DNA from: a virus
Lineage: Duplodnaviria; Caudoviricetes
Virus record (IMG/VR): IMGVR_UViG_3300028797_000148
Coordinates: 1-64,000 of that record
DNA: 64,000 nucleotides
Strand: one strand, 5' to 3'
The first letter of the stretch is position 1; every line of letters begins with the position of its first letter. This document shows positions 46,615 to 57,128 of the stretch, piece after piece. The position numbers and the translations under genes are program-made. Below the pieces are notes generated by a model, which saw nothing but the letters and a program-made list of their open reading frames with translations, was not told the DNA's origin and did no database searches.

Positions 46615-49600
46615 TTATGCTACAATTTGATTATCAACAATTCTTGTAAGTTTACCATCATCAACGGTTACGTGCAATGTGAATATGGCCTTATTCTGAT
46701 ACGACCAATCTACGGGCATATCCTCGTTGGTAAGATGCAGGGTCTTTTCGCCCGAATGGAGCATACCCCATGTTACATCTGCCTCCGTTTGGCCGCTTTC
46801 GCTTGCACGCTCCCAAACAAAGAACTCCTCGTCGATGTCGGCTGTTATATCCACGTTTCCATAGAACACATGCGGGGTAATAACCGTATCAACAGCACCA
46901 CGACGGAATGAATACCCGTTGCTTGAAACAAACTCGATGGTGAGGTTATCGTTACCGTCAACCAAACGCCAATAGGGGCTGTTCCATGCAGGCTCATAAT
47001 ACACATCAACACCGCCTTGTCTTACGGGCTGGTGCTGGAGGCATTGCCAGCGACCGCCGTTGTGCCGTACTTCGTGTATTTCGTACTGCTGCGTTTCCTC
47101 GTTGTATTCGTTATAGAAATAGATACCCGCGCCAACGGTAGGCGTTGTGGCCTGCGCACCGTCCACCCAATCACCGCAGAAAACGATAACGGGTACGGGC
47201 AATCCCTCGCGTGTTACCTTGATAAAGTTTCCAACGACAACACCTTGTGCGTAAATCCAGTCAGTATGCTCGCCAACCTCATCCAAAACCGCCCGTACAT
47301 CGGGGTAGTTCTTTACAAATTCGGGAAGCTCACCGATGGTAACGCCATAGTTACCGTTCTTTAGGATAGGCGAATCAACACCCGTATATTTTACTACACG
47401 GCCTTCTGATGTGCTTATCATAAACATGCGCTGGCGACGGATAATGCTTGCCTTTATGCTTTCGTAGTCGGGGTCTGATGGATTTGAATAATCAATACAG
47501 CCCCAGCGTGCGATGGTCATTAGCTCGCAAGGCTCAAAATTCCTTTGTGCTGGAACTTGCTGGTCGCCGTAAAGAACGACGCGAATCTGATTAACTCCGA
47601 GCTCGTCCTCCGTGCCTACGGTGGTATTGTGTGTCGCCACGACGCGCATCCACGATGTATAGTATTTGTTCGAGCCATCCTGCTCAACAGACGAGCTTTC
47701 GTAATCGCTAACGCCTGCCTGCTTTGCAGCAAGGGTGTTGATGATACCCTTGATAACGTTACCGTACATCTGCCCCGTGATATAACCGTCGTACTTTTCC
47801 TTGAGCGAAAGCGTGTAATACGTTACGCCCGTTTCCTCGTCGACGAATTTCTCTACGTAGTCGATTTGGTCGTTATCGCTGAATACGGTATCACCCTCCT
47901 GCGCCTGCAAACGGTTGATAAGCAATTCCACGACCTCGAGGAAAGAACGGACGCGCAATGATTCAAGCTCGGCATTTCCCAGCTTGTCTATGCGCCATCC
48001 CTTACCACCGTATAGGCCGCTAACGAAATCGGGGCTTTGTACCGTATCATGGAAGAATACCATGCCGATAGAATCCAATCCCTGCTGGAATGTGATGCGG
48101 CCTTGGCAGACATCATCAACGATACGCGAAAGCTTTGATTTCACGTCACCAAGGATGGTGTCGCCGTAGTATTTTTCGAGGCCGTTCACTTGTGCGCGTA
48201 AACGGTTCAATCCATCTACGGTCTGCCCTATCTCGTTGACAACGATTTCTATATCATCGGTTAGCGTGATGTCGTACTGCGGCAAAACCTTGTCACCGTA
48301 TTTCACGGTAAGCTGTTTCACGTACAGCATCTTTGTCACGCCCGCATATTGGAAGCGTACAACGGCATTGGGCTTTATCTGCGCAAGCTCGTATGTATGC
48401 GTAGCCAAGAAATACTCATCGAATTTCAGCGGATAGTCGAAATAGTGCTCGTTGTTTGCAGCAAGGTATTCGGCCATCGCGGTATCAAGCTCTCCCTCTG
48501 CCGTGCTGATATACGACAAAGGCAAAGATATGCCGATGATAGCGAACTTATCGCCCGATGCTGGCTTTTGGTACACGTTCGGCATAAGCACGCCGTATGT
48601 CGTGTTTTCTTTCTTGCACAATACCGTTATCTGACCTGCGGAGCTGTCGGGGTATTTATCGCCATCGCGGACGTGGCCATCATCCTCTTCCAAATTCGGA
48701 TTATGGATAACGGGGTCAAAAGTACCGTCGGGCTTGTAGAAATTCTTTTTGTAATCCTCCCAATCCACTTGAACGGGGAACGTACAGCCGATACAAGCAC
48801 CAGTCCGCATATAGATTGACATCTCCTGCGTAGCTGCGGCACTTGCGTATATATCAAATGAAAGCTGCGGCAAAGTTACCTTGAAATAGCTTTGCACGTA
48901 GTTTCCATCGTCGTCCATAGTATCGTCCCAATCATCGGATGGCACTACATGGCCGCGCTGCAATACGGTGTACTCGAAAGCAACGGTATCGCTGACATAT
49001 TTTACGTAGATAAACGTGTTATCCTTATAGAAGGAATACTCAACGATATAGCTACCTGCCGTGTCCTTGAACGTGTACTTTTCCGTGCTTGCATGTGTAA
49101 GGATGGTATTCGGAACGGCGGTAAGGATAGCAGCCTCTTTCTCGTTCTTAGCATCTCCAGCAAGCTCGTTTACCGTAGCAACAAAGTTATTCCATCGTAT
49201 ATAGTCAACACCTTTCTCGCCGCCGCTATACGCCTCCACGTTTACAAGTGATGCGTTACCTAACTGCGGCTTAATCTTTTCAAATTCATGCGACTCATAC
49301 GATGGCTCGCCAGCCTTTAGCGGATTGGGATAGCTACCGTCCGCATCAATGTAGTCGATAATCTCCGTATTGGGATTATAGCCCGATGCGTAAGGATTGA
49401 CTTTCTTGTTTACCGTTTCAGTATATATGCTCGGCATAAGGTGGCTGCGGGTGAACGGGTGCTTAATCAAGCGTACCCTTTGACCGCCTACAATACCGTC
49501 GTATATAGGATATGAGTTAGCGGCATTGGCATCATTGTTGATGGTATAATCCCAGCTTTGATTGCCATTCCAAATAATCTGCGGATAGCCGTAGGGTATA

Positions 49601-50412
49601 TTATCCTCGCTGCCATATCCAGCAAGACGGGTGATAATCTTATTGTTCCTTGGCGTGCGGGAATTGTTCTTTAGGCCAACACCCTGCCCGAACTTGAACA
49701 CAAAAGGCACATCGGGGTCATGCCCCTCAATGGGCTTTTCGTATATCTCGTTAGATGGCAGTCCGTAGATAATCAAGAAACGCTTGCCTTGGTCGTAATA
49801 CTGCTCGCCCTCCTTGATGGTATCAATGATATAAGGAACTTCCCAATTGTCGTAGCCAGTTTTCAGCGCATCGGCAATTGAAACCTTATCAAAGGAAAGA
49901 ACATCGCTTAAAAGTTGGATTTTCGCCTGCTCCACGCTTGAGCTGATACCTACTATCCATTGCGTGCCTTGCAGGTTCTTATTCAGCTTTGCCACATAAT
50001 CAGCAAGGTTGCCAATCCATGTAAACGTCTTATCCTGCGACTTGAACTTTTCCTCGCTACTGCTAACGGCAGCATCCGTGAAAGGAAAGTTTGCAAGCAC
50101 ATACATGGGATGATAGAAAACAAAGCTGTATTTCGTCATTCCCTTATGCTGGCTGTTATCTGCAACCATTCCCTCGCGGACAACCGTTGGCGGGTTTACA
50201 AGGACATATTTCACACCGTTATACAACACGTACTCGGTCATTTCAACGGAAAGGCCGTTATTCTTGTAGTACACATCGCCCGTTATCTTGTCTACCAAAG
50301 ACATGACAATGGAGTCGGAGGTGAATTTCGTCAACTCCAACTCGTTAAACGATGTACCGTCTGCGTTGTAAATCGGTAATGTTATATTTCGCCCTAATGT
50401 ATTTGTACCCAT
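46615..50412 (-). CDS. Large tail tip / baseplate-hub protein
   Basis: About 1265 aa; TRLAGYGS..NIPY hub motif and GWRID.LGNAELESL.VR motif; start reassigned to MGTNTL. Confidence 0.7.
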   Translation of the reverse strand: MGTNTLGRNITLPIYNADGTSFNELELTKFTSDSIVMSLVDKITGDVYYKNNGLSVEMTEYVLYNGVKYVLVNPPTVVREGMVADNSQHKGMTKYSFVFYHPMYVLANFPFTDAAVSSSEEKFKSQDKTFTWIGNLADYVAKLNKNLQGTQWIVGISSSVEQAKIQLLSDVLSFDKVSIADALKTGYDNWEVPYIIDTIKEGEQYYDQGKRFLIIYGLPSNEIYEKPIEGHDPDVPFVFKFGQGVGLKNNSRTPRNNKIITRLAGYGSEDNIPYGYPQIIWNGNQSWDYTINNDANAANSYPIYDGIVGGQRVRLIKHPFTRSHLMPSIYTETVNKKVNPYASGYNPNTEIIDYIDADGSYPNPLKAGEPSYESHEFEKIKPQLGNASLVNVEAYSGGEKGVDYIRWNNFVATVNELAGDAKNEKEAAILTAVPNTILTHASTEKYTFKDTAGSYIVEYSFYKDNTFIYVKYVSDTVAFEYTVLQRGHVVPSDDWDDTMDDDGNYVQSYFKVTLPQLSFDIYASAAATQEMSIYMRTGACIGCTFPVQVDWEDYKKNFYKPDGTFDPVIHNPNLEEDDGHVRDGDKYPDSSAGQITVLCKKENTTYGVLMPNVYQKPASGDKFAIIGISLPLSYISTAEGELDTAMAEYLAANNEHYFDYPLKFDEYFLATHTYELAQIKPNAVVRFQYAGVTKMLYVKQLTVKYGDKVLPQYDITLTDDIEIVVNEIGQTVDGLNRLRAQVNGLEKYYGDTILGDVKSKLSRIVDDVCQGRITFQQGLDSIGMVFFHDTVQSPDFVSGLYGGKGWRIDKLGNAELESLRVRSFLEVVELLINRLQAQEGDTVFSDNDQIDYVEKFVDEETGVTYYTLSLKEKYDGYITGQMYGNVIKGIINTLAAKQAGVSDYESSSVEQDGSNKYYTSWMRVVATHNTTVGTEDELGVNQIRVVLYGDQQVPAQRNFEPCELMTIARWGCIDYSNPSDPDYESIKASIIRRQRMFMISTSEGRVVKYTGVDSPILKNGNYGVTIGELPEFVKNYPDVRAVLDEVGEHTDWIYAQGVVVGNFIKVTREGLPVPVIVFCGDWVDGAQATTPTVGAGIYFYNEYNEETQQYEIHEVRHNGGRWQCLQHQPVRQGGVDVYYEPAWNSPYWRLVDGNDNLTIEFVSSNGYSFRRGAVDTVITPHVFYGNVDITADIDEEFFVWERASESGQTEADVTWGMLHSGEKTLHLTNEDMPVDWSYQNKAIFTLHVTVDDGKLTRIVDNQIVA

Positions 50413-51005
50413 CTTATAATTTTTACAAATGCAAAGATAATACCTAAAATCGTAAACCCCAAACAATACCAGCACCATTTAGGAATTTTTGTCTTTTCGA
50501 CTACGGTATATTCCTTGTGCGTAAGCTGTTCTTGAAGGGAATCGCATTTAGCGACATACTGCCTCAGAGAATCCCGCGCAAGCCTAAAATGCGCAATGGA
50601 ATCGAGCAGCTGCTTTTCGTATTCGCGGTTACGGGACACGGTTTCCTTTTCCTTATGCCACGTCTCCTGCTTGATAACATTGCCTTGCGCATCAACCGTC
50701 ATAACGGTGGAATCCGATTTCTCAACCTTTGTTTCGGTTTCGACTTTCTCGGTTTCCTTTATTTCGGTCTTGTGTTCGGTATCTGTTGAATCCACCTTGA
50801 CGCTTTGAACATCTGTCGAATCCACCTTAACCTCGGTTTTCTGATGGTCGTTCTCAACAATATGTTTCTTTGTAGCGCAAGATGAAAACAGAAGCACCAA
50901 GCAGATGATTAGACCGACATAGAATGGCGTGCCGCATCCGTTGTTAAGCATTTGGTTCTGTTCCCACATGCGGGCGTAGAACTCTCTGTCCTCGCGTGTT
51001 GCCAT
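50394..51005 (-). CDS. Probable unimolecular spanin
   Basis: Lipobox LFSSC, coiled coil, C-terminal TM helix; directly after the endolysin. Confidence 0.65.
   Translation of the reverse strand: MATREDREFYARMWEQNQMLNNGCGTPFYVGLIICLVLLFSSCATKKHIVENDHQKTEVKVDSTDVQSVKVDSTDTEHKTEIKETEKVETETKVEKSDSTVMTVDAQGNVIKQETWHKEKETVSRNREYEKQLLDSIAHFRLARDSLRQYVAKCDSLQEQLTHKEYTVVEKTKIPKWCWYCLGFTILGIIFAFVKIIRWVQIH
50432..50439 (-). promoter_or_regulatory. Internal -7 promoter element for the tail-tip gene
   Basis: TATCTTTG on the minus strand, 20 nt upstream of the ATG at 50412. Confidence 0.5.
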
Positions 51006-51007
51006 AA

Positions 51008-51631
51008 CTAAATATCCTTATATTCGTTGGTTGCATCAAACGAAGGACATGCCTTTCCTTTCCTATCAAGGTCACGGTGGCCGACAATCTTTGCCTTTGG
51101 ATAAAGCTTGCGCAAATCCTTTAGCAAGGCAATCAAAGCCGCCTTCTGCTTATCGGTGCGCGTGTCCTTATCCTTCATTTTCTTGTCACAGCCGCCAACA
51201 TAGCACACACCGATGGAATTTGCGTTGTAGCCCTCGCAATGCGCCCCCACAAGGTTTACATTACGACCGTTCCATCGTTCGCCGTTCAAGCCGATAAGGT
51301 AGTGATAACCGATGTCAGCCCATCCTTTTGCCTTGTGCATCCTGCGGACGGACTCTACGGTTTCTACGCGGCCTTCGGGTGTTGCCGTGCAATGCACAAT
51401 GATGCGGTTTATTGTACGCCGTGATACCTGCAAAGATGATTCGTTAGGCACGATAACAGCCCATGTTTTCTCGCCAACGATACCGTCGGGAACGAGGCCG
51501 TGCGCCTTTTGAAATGCCTTGACTGCCTCCTCGGTTACTGCACCGAAGATACCGTCCTGCACCAAGTTCAGAGCGGCCTGCAAGCGTTTTACAAGCTCGC
51601 CCCTACTGCCTTTTGATAATACTACTGCCAT
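51008..51631 (-). CDS. Endolysin: PG-binding domain + N-acetylmuramoyl-L-alanine amidase
   Basis: DGIFG..TEEAVKAFQ; IIVHCTAT, IGYHY, GHRD, KACPSF. Confidence 0.93.
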   Translation of the reverse strand: MAVVLSKGSRGELVKRLQAALNLVQDGIFGAVTEEAVKAFQKAHGLVPDGIVGEKTWAVIVPNESSLQVSRRTINRIIVHCTATPEGRVETVESVRRMHKAKGWADIGYHYLIGLNGERWNGRNVNLVGAHCEGYNANSIGVCYVGGCDKKMKDKDTRTDKQKAALIALLKDLRKLYPKAKIVGHRDLDRKGKACPSFDATNEYKDI

Positions 51632-51643
51632 AATAATTACTTT

Positions 51644-52156
51644 TTATATTTCGTTACTTGGTTCAATGTCGTTTTTACGCGCTGTTTCGCGCTCTTCTAT
51701 CGTTGCAAAGCTGTCGTCGTCGATGTTTTCCATGAGACTAACCTTTTTGCGGTGCATACAGCCCGCTACACCGCATAGGAAAGGGGAAAGTACGTCGATG
51801 CGCCTGCCTAAACGTGATATATCGCGCTTATAGTTTAAGTCCATCTGCGTCATTCTTTCCTCTATCTCGATGTACTTAGCCCGCATTTCGTGGTTTTCCT
51901 TACGCAGCTCATTACGTTCATCCTTATAATGGTCGCGTTCGGCACGTACCTCCGCAAGCGTTCTGTTCACATCGGCAAGTGTAGTGTTGTAGTATTCTTG
52001 AGCCTCCTTGTTGGCCTGCGCCTCGGTTTGTTTCGCCTCGCCGTTGGCCTTTCGTCGGCTTGCACGCCAATGAAGAAACCAGCCTCCTCCCAAGACGATT
52101 GTCATTAAGGTGTTGATAAGGCTGTAAATCTCTCCTCCAAATCCATACTCTCCCAT
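51644..52156 (-). CDS. Holin-like membrane protein
   Basis: One N-terminal TM segment plus coiled coil; upstream of the endolysin. Confidence 0.5.
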   Translation of the reverse strand: MGEYGFGGEIYSLINTLMTIVLGGGWFLHWRASRRKANGEAKQTEAQANKEAQEYYNTTLADVNRTLAEVRAERDHYKDERNELRKENHEMRAKYIEIEERMTQMDLNYKRDISRLGRRIDVLSPFLCGVAGCMHRKKVSLMENIDDDSFATIEERETARKNDIEPSNEI

Positions 52157-52176
52157 AATGATAAACCTCCTTTCTT

Positions 52177-53691
52177 TTAAGACATGCCCGTTTGAGCATT
52201 GTTATCGACTATTTCATCGCTACGGTTACGGCTGATGTTGTTTGCCGTTTGCGCGTTGCTATCAATAGCCTTTGTATCAAGTGGGATAAGTGCGCCACGC
52301 TCCTTGATGATGCGGTCAATCTCATCGGGTGCAGCATCGGGAGAGTTTTCAATCACGGTCTTCATAGAAAGCCACTTGGCCTCCATAGAAAGGTTCGTAA
52401 TCTTCGTATTGTTAGTCTCCAGCGACCAAGGAACAATCTTTGCGCCAATATGCAGCTTGGAATATTTATCCACGCCGTTATTCTCCAAATCCAATCCCTC
52501 TTGATGCAGATATACCATATCGTTCACGAATTTACGCCAATCCAATGCGCTTTGCGTAGCAAGGGCATAGTCGTTAGACATAGCCAATGCTATTCCGTTA
52601 CCGCCGCTGTTGGTGGTTGTAATATCCTTTGGCGTAATGAACGATGTAGAGCTGAATAGTGAAATCTTTTCCTCAAGGGTTTTAAGATACCCGTCCATAG
52701 TCTGCGGTTCGGGGAACTCCAGCACTTTTGCGTCCTGCTTTCCGTTAGTCGTATCACTTGAAAGATTAATGATAAGGGTGCTTGAATCGCGCTTGAACGA
52801 CTCGGCATCCATCTCACCCGTGAATACAAGTGCGAACGTGCCGAAACGCTTCAATGCAATATCGTTGATGTTTGCCATAAGCTCCCACATCTCGATAGTG
52901 CTTTCTGCATACTCCCAAGCCACCTTACCGCGCTTGATAAGCAAAGGACAACGGCTGAAACCATGCTTTTCCATAGTAATCTCCCAGCCCGTATCACCTT
53001 GCATTACGCGATAGTGGTTTGTATTGTCGTATGTATCAATGATTTTTTTGTTATCAACCATGTAAACGATAGAACGGGCGATTTCGTAGCCGTATTCATC
53101 GTAGTTAGGAATAATCTGATAACCGTCCTCGTAGCTGTATGTCGTTACGATGGTCTTGTTTTCTGATTTATCGAAACTGAAAAGCAGTCCCGTGTTACCA
53201 AGCTGCTTACATGTATTGATAGCCTGCGAAAGCCACCAGTCCATATCACGGTCAGCCCAAGCATCCTTAACCTCCTCAAACGGGTTTATACCACCGTTAT
53301 TAGCATCGGTTTTGCCGAGGTTGAAGAGTAATGGATTGGCTGTCAGCGAACGGACATGTGCCGAGTGAATCAGCTTTTGGAACGATGCCGTTTGTGTCAT
53401 GTCAAGCATACCCAAAGGCAGCTCGCATCCGTCAATAGAAACCTTGATATGCGGTATTGACCTATTCATAATTATATGATGCAGGTCGGGACGATACTCC
53501 GTGATATACAAATCCTGCGACACGGGCTTTAGCGTAAGATTCGTGAAACCCGTATCAATCATGGAATTAATCTGAATGTCCGAGTTCTCGTAGCCGTGTC
53601 CGTTCATCTTACCGCCGCGAGTGAAAGGCTTCATCTTTGTAAGCCTTTCGGGTTCATGCAGAAACCATTTGATGTCGTGTAATCTAATCAT
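52177..53691 (-). CDS. Portal protein
   Basis: 504 aa directly after TerL; helical, SGGNGIAL region resembles SPP1-type portals. Confidence 0.75.
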   Translation of the reverse strand: MIRLHDIKWFLHEPERLTKMKPFTRGGKMNGHGYENSDIQINSMIDTGFTNLTLKPVSQDLYITEYRPDLHHIIMNRSIPHIKVSIDGCELPLGMLDMTQTASFQKLIHSAHVRSLTANPLLFNLGKTDANNGGINPFEEVKDAWADRDMDWWLSQAINTCKQLGNTGLLFSFDKSENKTIVTTYSYEDGYQIIPNYDEYGYEIARSIVYMVDNKKIIDTYDNTNHYRVMQGDTGWEITMEKHGFSRCPLLIKRGKVAWEYAESTIEMWELMANINDIALKRFGTFALVFTGEMDAESFKRDSSTLIINLSSDTTNGKQDAKVLEFPEPQTMDGYLKTLEEKISLFSSTSFITPKDITTTNSGGNGIALAMSNDYALATQSALDWRKFVNDMVYLHQEGLDLENNGVDKYSKLHIGAKIVPWSLETNNTKITNLSMEAKWLSMKTVIENSPDAAPDEIDRIIKERGALIPLDTKAIDSNAQTANNISRNRSDEIVDNNAQTGMS

Positions 53692-53692
53692 C

Positions 53693-55474
53693 TTATATTG
53701 TACTTAATATGTTTAATATTTCGCTTGCGTTCCGTATCTTTCTTACACGGTGTATTCTTGTATCAACCTCCTCTTGGCCGTTGACGTTAAGCAAGGCCAG
53801 CATATCGCTCGCCTGCGCTTTCTTGCGCATAATGCCAGCATCGTCACGTAACATTCGGTAGCAGTCGTATATAGTGCCGCCGCAAAGGAGAATGATGTTA
53901 TCCATAAGGTCGGGCGACATTCCTTTTAGCAATGCCTTCATCTTTTCCTTTGGCAGCATCTCTAAACGGCCATTCGGCGTTTTGCTGAATTGGAACACAC
54001 GGCTTTCAAATACCATGTGTTTCATTACCGTAGTGCCTCCCGACCGTTTCATGTTCTTGTGATTATAGTGAGCATTTGCGAGTCGCGGCTCATAGTGAAT
54101 AAGGCCGCTTTGAATCATCTCCATAGCGACATGGCCTGCCTCATCCTTCATCGTTTTGAATTGGGCTTTACCGCGATTGCTTGGCGAGCCTGCACCGCTA
54201 AATAATATCGCACGCGGGAAGCAATCCTTTAGGAATCCAAATCCCTGCACGTCTATAATCATCTCCTTTTCTTGCAGCTTGTGCTTGTCACGGAATTGTA
54301 TAGCCATGATTACGGCCTCGCGGTTGCTGTTGCTTGTGGAATATTCAATATCCCTGCACACCCAGCCATAATGCGACCACAGCTCCCAATACTTGAATAT
54401 CAAGTTATCGAATCCCGTTGTAGCCATATCCATTGTCATTCGCCGTTGCAATACTTCGCAGCCAGCAGGCGTTTCCAATGGTCTGAACATGCGCTCCACA
54501 TCGTTTGTGGCTAACTCCACGTTTGATAAATCCTCGATGCTTTCCTCTTCGTCCGTTAATGAATAGTTCCAATTAACAGAATACGATGATGCTGCTGTAG
54601 CGGAGTTGGCTGCAAGGCCACGATAACCTTTATTCTTTGATAGCATTTTCTTGTTGTCACGAACATCAAACGTGTAAAACACCATCGAAAGGATAAAGTC
54701 CTCGTATGTCATGTCGGGGTCTTCTGCCAAACGCGCATCTATGTCGGCTTTGCCTTTTTCATAGACCTCTCGTTTTGTTCTGCCCCAAACGGCTTTTTCA
54801 TAATCACCGTTAGGCATAAAGAAAAACATAACGACGCCATCCATCGACTTGTCGACCGTACCGTCGTCGTTAATCCACCCACCGCCATGTACGCCTTTTC
54901 CGCACATCTTACGCATAAAACACTCCCTTTCGGGGTTCTGCGCGAGGAATACTTGCGCCTTTCCGCTTGTGTCGCTACGCAAACGCGGGAAGAATGTGGA
55001 TATTGTTCGCCATAAGAATTTGTTGCACTCGTCGAAAATGAGCTTTTTCGCCTGCAAGCCTTTTGCGATTTTATCTATAACGATAGGGTTCTCGTTATCC
55101 AGCTGCTGAAACTTAATCTCAGAGCCGTTATAGAGTTTCATACCCATGTCTTGATTGTTACGGATAATCTCGCCTATTGGGTCGTGCGGCTGTTTCTTTG
55201 TTGTACGGTCGATAAGAGGGTACATCTTTTTAAGCGTATCATTTACCTTTCCCGCGCCCCAAAAGTCGCTGATATTACGCATAAAGCATACTATCTTAGC
55301 GTTATCGTTCGTAGCAAGGTGCATGATAGGCGCATAGTACAATGCAACGGATTTGCCGCCGCCCGTACCCCCCGTAAAGCATACGACATCAGCATTAGAA
55401 CGGATAGCAAACTTTTGGTTGCCATCCTCTAAAGGTGCTAATACAATATCGTTACGCTTACGTGCCATACGCAA
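53693..55474 (-). CDS. terL: Terminase large subunit
   Basis: Walker A GGTGGGKS, Walker B LIFDE, nuclease MDMA...D, SPDLMD. Confidence 0.88.
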   Translation of the reverse strand: MRMARKRNDIVLAPLEDGNQKFAIRSNADVVCFTGGTGGGKSVALYYAPIMHLATNDNAKIVCFMRNISDFWGAGKVNDTLKKMYPLIDRTTKKQPHDPIGEIIRNNQDMGMKLYNGSEIKFQQLDNENPIVIDKIAKGLQAKKLIFDECNKFLWRTISTFFPRLRSDTSGKAQVFLAQNPERECFMRKMCGKGVHGGGWINDDGTVDKSMDGVVMFFFMPNGDYEKAVWGRTKREVYEKGKADIDARLAEDPDMTYEDFILSMVFYTFDVRDNKKMLSKNKGYRGLAANSATAASSYSVNWNYSLTDEEESIEDLSNVELATNDVERMFRPLETPAGCEVLQRRMTMDMATTGFDNLIFKYWELWSHYGWVCRDIEYSTSNSNREAVIMAIQFRDKHKLQEKEMIIDVQGFGFLKDCFPRAILFSGAGSPSNRGKAQFKTMKDEAGHVAMEMIQSGLIHYEPRLANAHYNHKNMKRSGGTTVMKHMVFESRVFQFSKTPNGRLEMLPKEKMKALLKGMSPDLMDNIILLCGGTIYDCYRMLRDDAGIMRKKAQASDMLALLNVNGQEEVDTRIHRVRKIRNASEILNILSTI

Positions 55475-55525
55475 AAGTAATTAAAAATGCAACAAGTTTA
55501 TAAACCTAATAGAAATTTCTTGTTG

Positions 55526-55650
55526 CAAAGATACACATTACTTTTCTGTATAATTGACTTGTATCAAATTAAGTTCGTGATTTTCACGCGCTTTGTCACG
55601 TTCTTGTGTTTATTTTACTTTTCGTCTTTTCACCTTATTTATTAAATTTG
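55526..55650. promoter_or_regulatory. Divergent late promoters
   Basis: Minus TATCTTTG at 55526-33; plus TAAATTTG at 55643-50. Confidence 0.6.
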
Positions 55651-55694
55651 CACCCAAACAAATCTAATTGTTTAATTTTTAATAGTAGAAAACT

Positions 55695-56327
55695 ATGACA
55701 AAAGAAGAGGCTTTACAGAAAGTAAATGACTATTGTAACGAGAAAAGTTACACCGCTGCAACCCTTACCGATGGTTTTAAAGACAAGTTTGCTGAACATT
55801 TTGCAAAGCGTTATCCCGACGCTGCCGCAGATGATGAAACAGCTCTTGGCGACATGAAGTTCGCGCTTAATTCCGCTTTTAGCGGTGCAAGCACGATTAT
55901 CACGGACAAAACCAAGGAGTTTGAGACGAAAGAAAACGGCTACAAATCCCAAATCGCCGAGTTGCAGAAGAAAATCAAAACTCCGCCCACCGTTGTTGAG
56001 CCGCAGATTCCAAAGGAGGTGCAAGACCAATTGGACGAATTGAAAGCTTTCAAGGATGCGAAGAGTAAGCAAGAAAAGCTTGGTAACATCATGCGCATTG
56101 CAAAGGAGGGCATCCGTTCAGACTTACACGCGTCATTCGACAAGTTCGCTTCCGATTACGCCGTTAAGCTGGATAAGGAAGACAAGGAGCAGGCCGAAGG
56201 GCTGGTAGCAAAGTTCAAGGACATCTTCAAGGATTCACTTGGCGACATCCGACCTCAGAAGCCTACTACCGATGAAACGAAAGATGCAGAAATCATCGGT
56301 TCACTTCCGAAAGTAAAGATTAGCTAA
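55695..56327 (+). CDS. Capsid scaffold-like protein
   Basis: Charged helical protein upstream of the capsid genes. Confidence 0.55.
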   Translation: MTKEEALQKVNDYCNEKSYTAATLTDGFKDKFAEHFAKRYPDAAADDETALGDMKFALNSAFSGASTIITDKTKEFETKENGYKSQIAELQKKIKTPPTVVEPQIPKEVQDQLDELKAFKDAKSKQEKLGNIMRIAKEGIRSDLHASFDKFASDYAVKLDKEDKEQAEGLVAKFKDIFKDSLGDIRPQKPTTDETKDAEIIGSLPKVKIS

Positions 56328-56362
56328 CATCATTTTTATAAACAACTTAAAAAGGAAACATC

Positions 56363-57106
56363 ATGGTAACAAATTTAGCGTTTTTCTTCGAGACCTCCCG
56401 TAAGGTTCGTGGCGGTAAGTTTGTTTGGGTTAAGGATGGTAACGGCGAGCAACGCGGTAACGTACTGCTCGGTGGCACTATTCTGAATCCTAACAAGGGT
56501 TTCGGCAAGTTGTACGCAGCCCAGCTGGTTCAGTACAACATGCAAGGTGGATGCCTTATTTTCCGTTCTTTTGCGGCCAATAACGCCACCGCCCAAGCCT
56601 CCGACACCATAATCTACTTAAAGGGCGACGGATATTCTGACGCTCCCGAGGTCGGCATGGTTATTATGAAAGCTCCCGATGCCGTTACGGTTAAGACAAT
56701 GACCGTTGTGGCTGGCTCGGGTAGCGACCCCGATACCGTTACCGAGTCTTTCGCAGACTACACGGGTCAGTCGGGTAAGATTACCGCCGTTGAATACGAT
56801 GAGGCCAATGCACGTTTCAAGGTAACACTTGATACCGCTATCGGTGCTCTCGAAGTCGGCGATGTGTTGGTAGAGGCACAAGGTACAGCCGCAAGTGCTT
56901 CCGCAAAGGTTCTTGTACCAAAGCCCAACACCTTTATCGAGAAGGATGAGGAACTGCTCCCCACCGAGGGTTATGGCTTCCAAAATGCCAACTATTCTAT
57001 TTCCACCGTCTACAACAAGCAGGCTTTCATTGCCCGTATGCAGCCTCTGCCTAAGTACGTGCTTGCATTGAACAAGTCCCTTATTGACGGAATCTTTTGG
57101 ATTTAA
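56363..57106 (+). CDS. Head decoration/cement-like protein
   Basis: Beta-rich, between scaffold and MCP. Confidence 0.5.
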   Translation: MVTNLAFFFETSRKVRGGKFVWVKDGNGEQRGNVLLGGTILNPNKGFGKLYAAQLVQYNMQGGCLIFRSFAANNATAQASDTIIYLKGDGYSDAPEVGMVIMKAPDAVTVKTMTVVAGSGSDPDTVTESFADYTGQSGKITAVEYDEANARFKVTLDTAIGALEVGDVLVEAQGTAASASAKVLVPKPNTFIEKDEELLPTEGYGFQNANYSISTVYNKQAFIARMQPLPKYVLALNKSLIDGIFWI

Positions 57107-57128
57107 TTAATAAGAAAGGAAACAAGAT

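Noticed and set aside
52177-55474. Introns or inteins in terminase or portal
   Set aside because: Both ORFs are continuous, of normal size, and show no intein or homing motifs.
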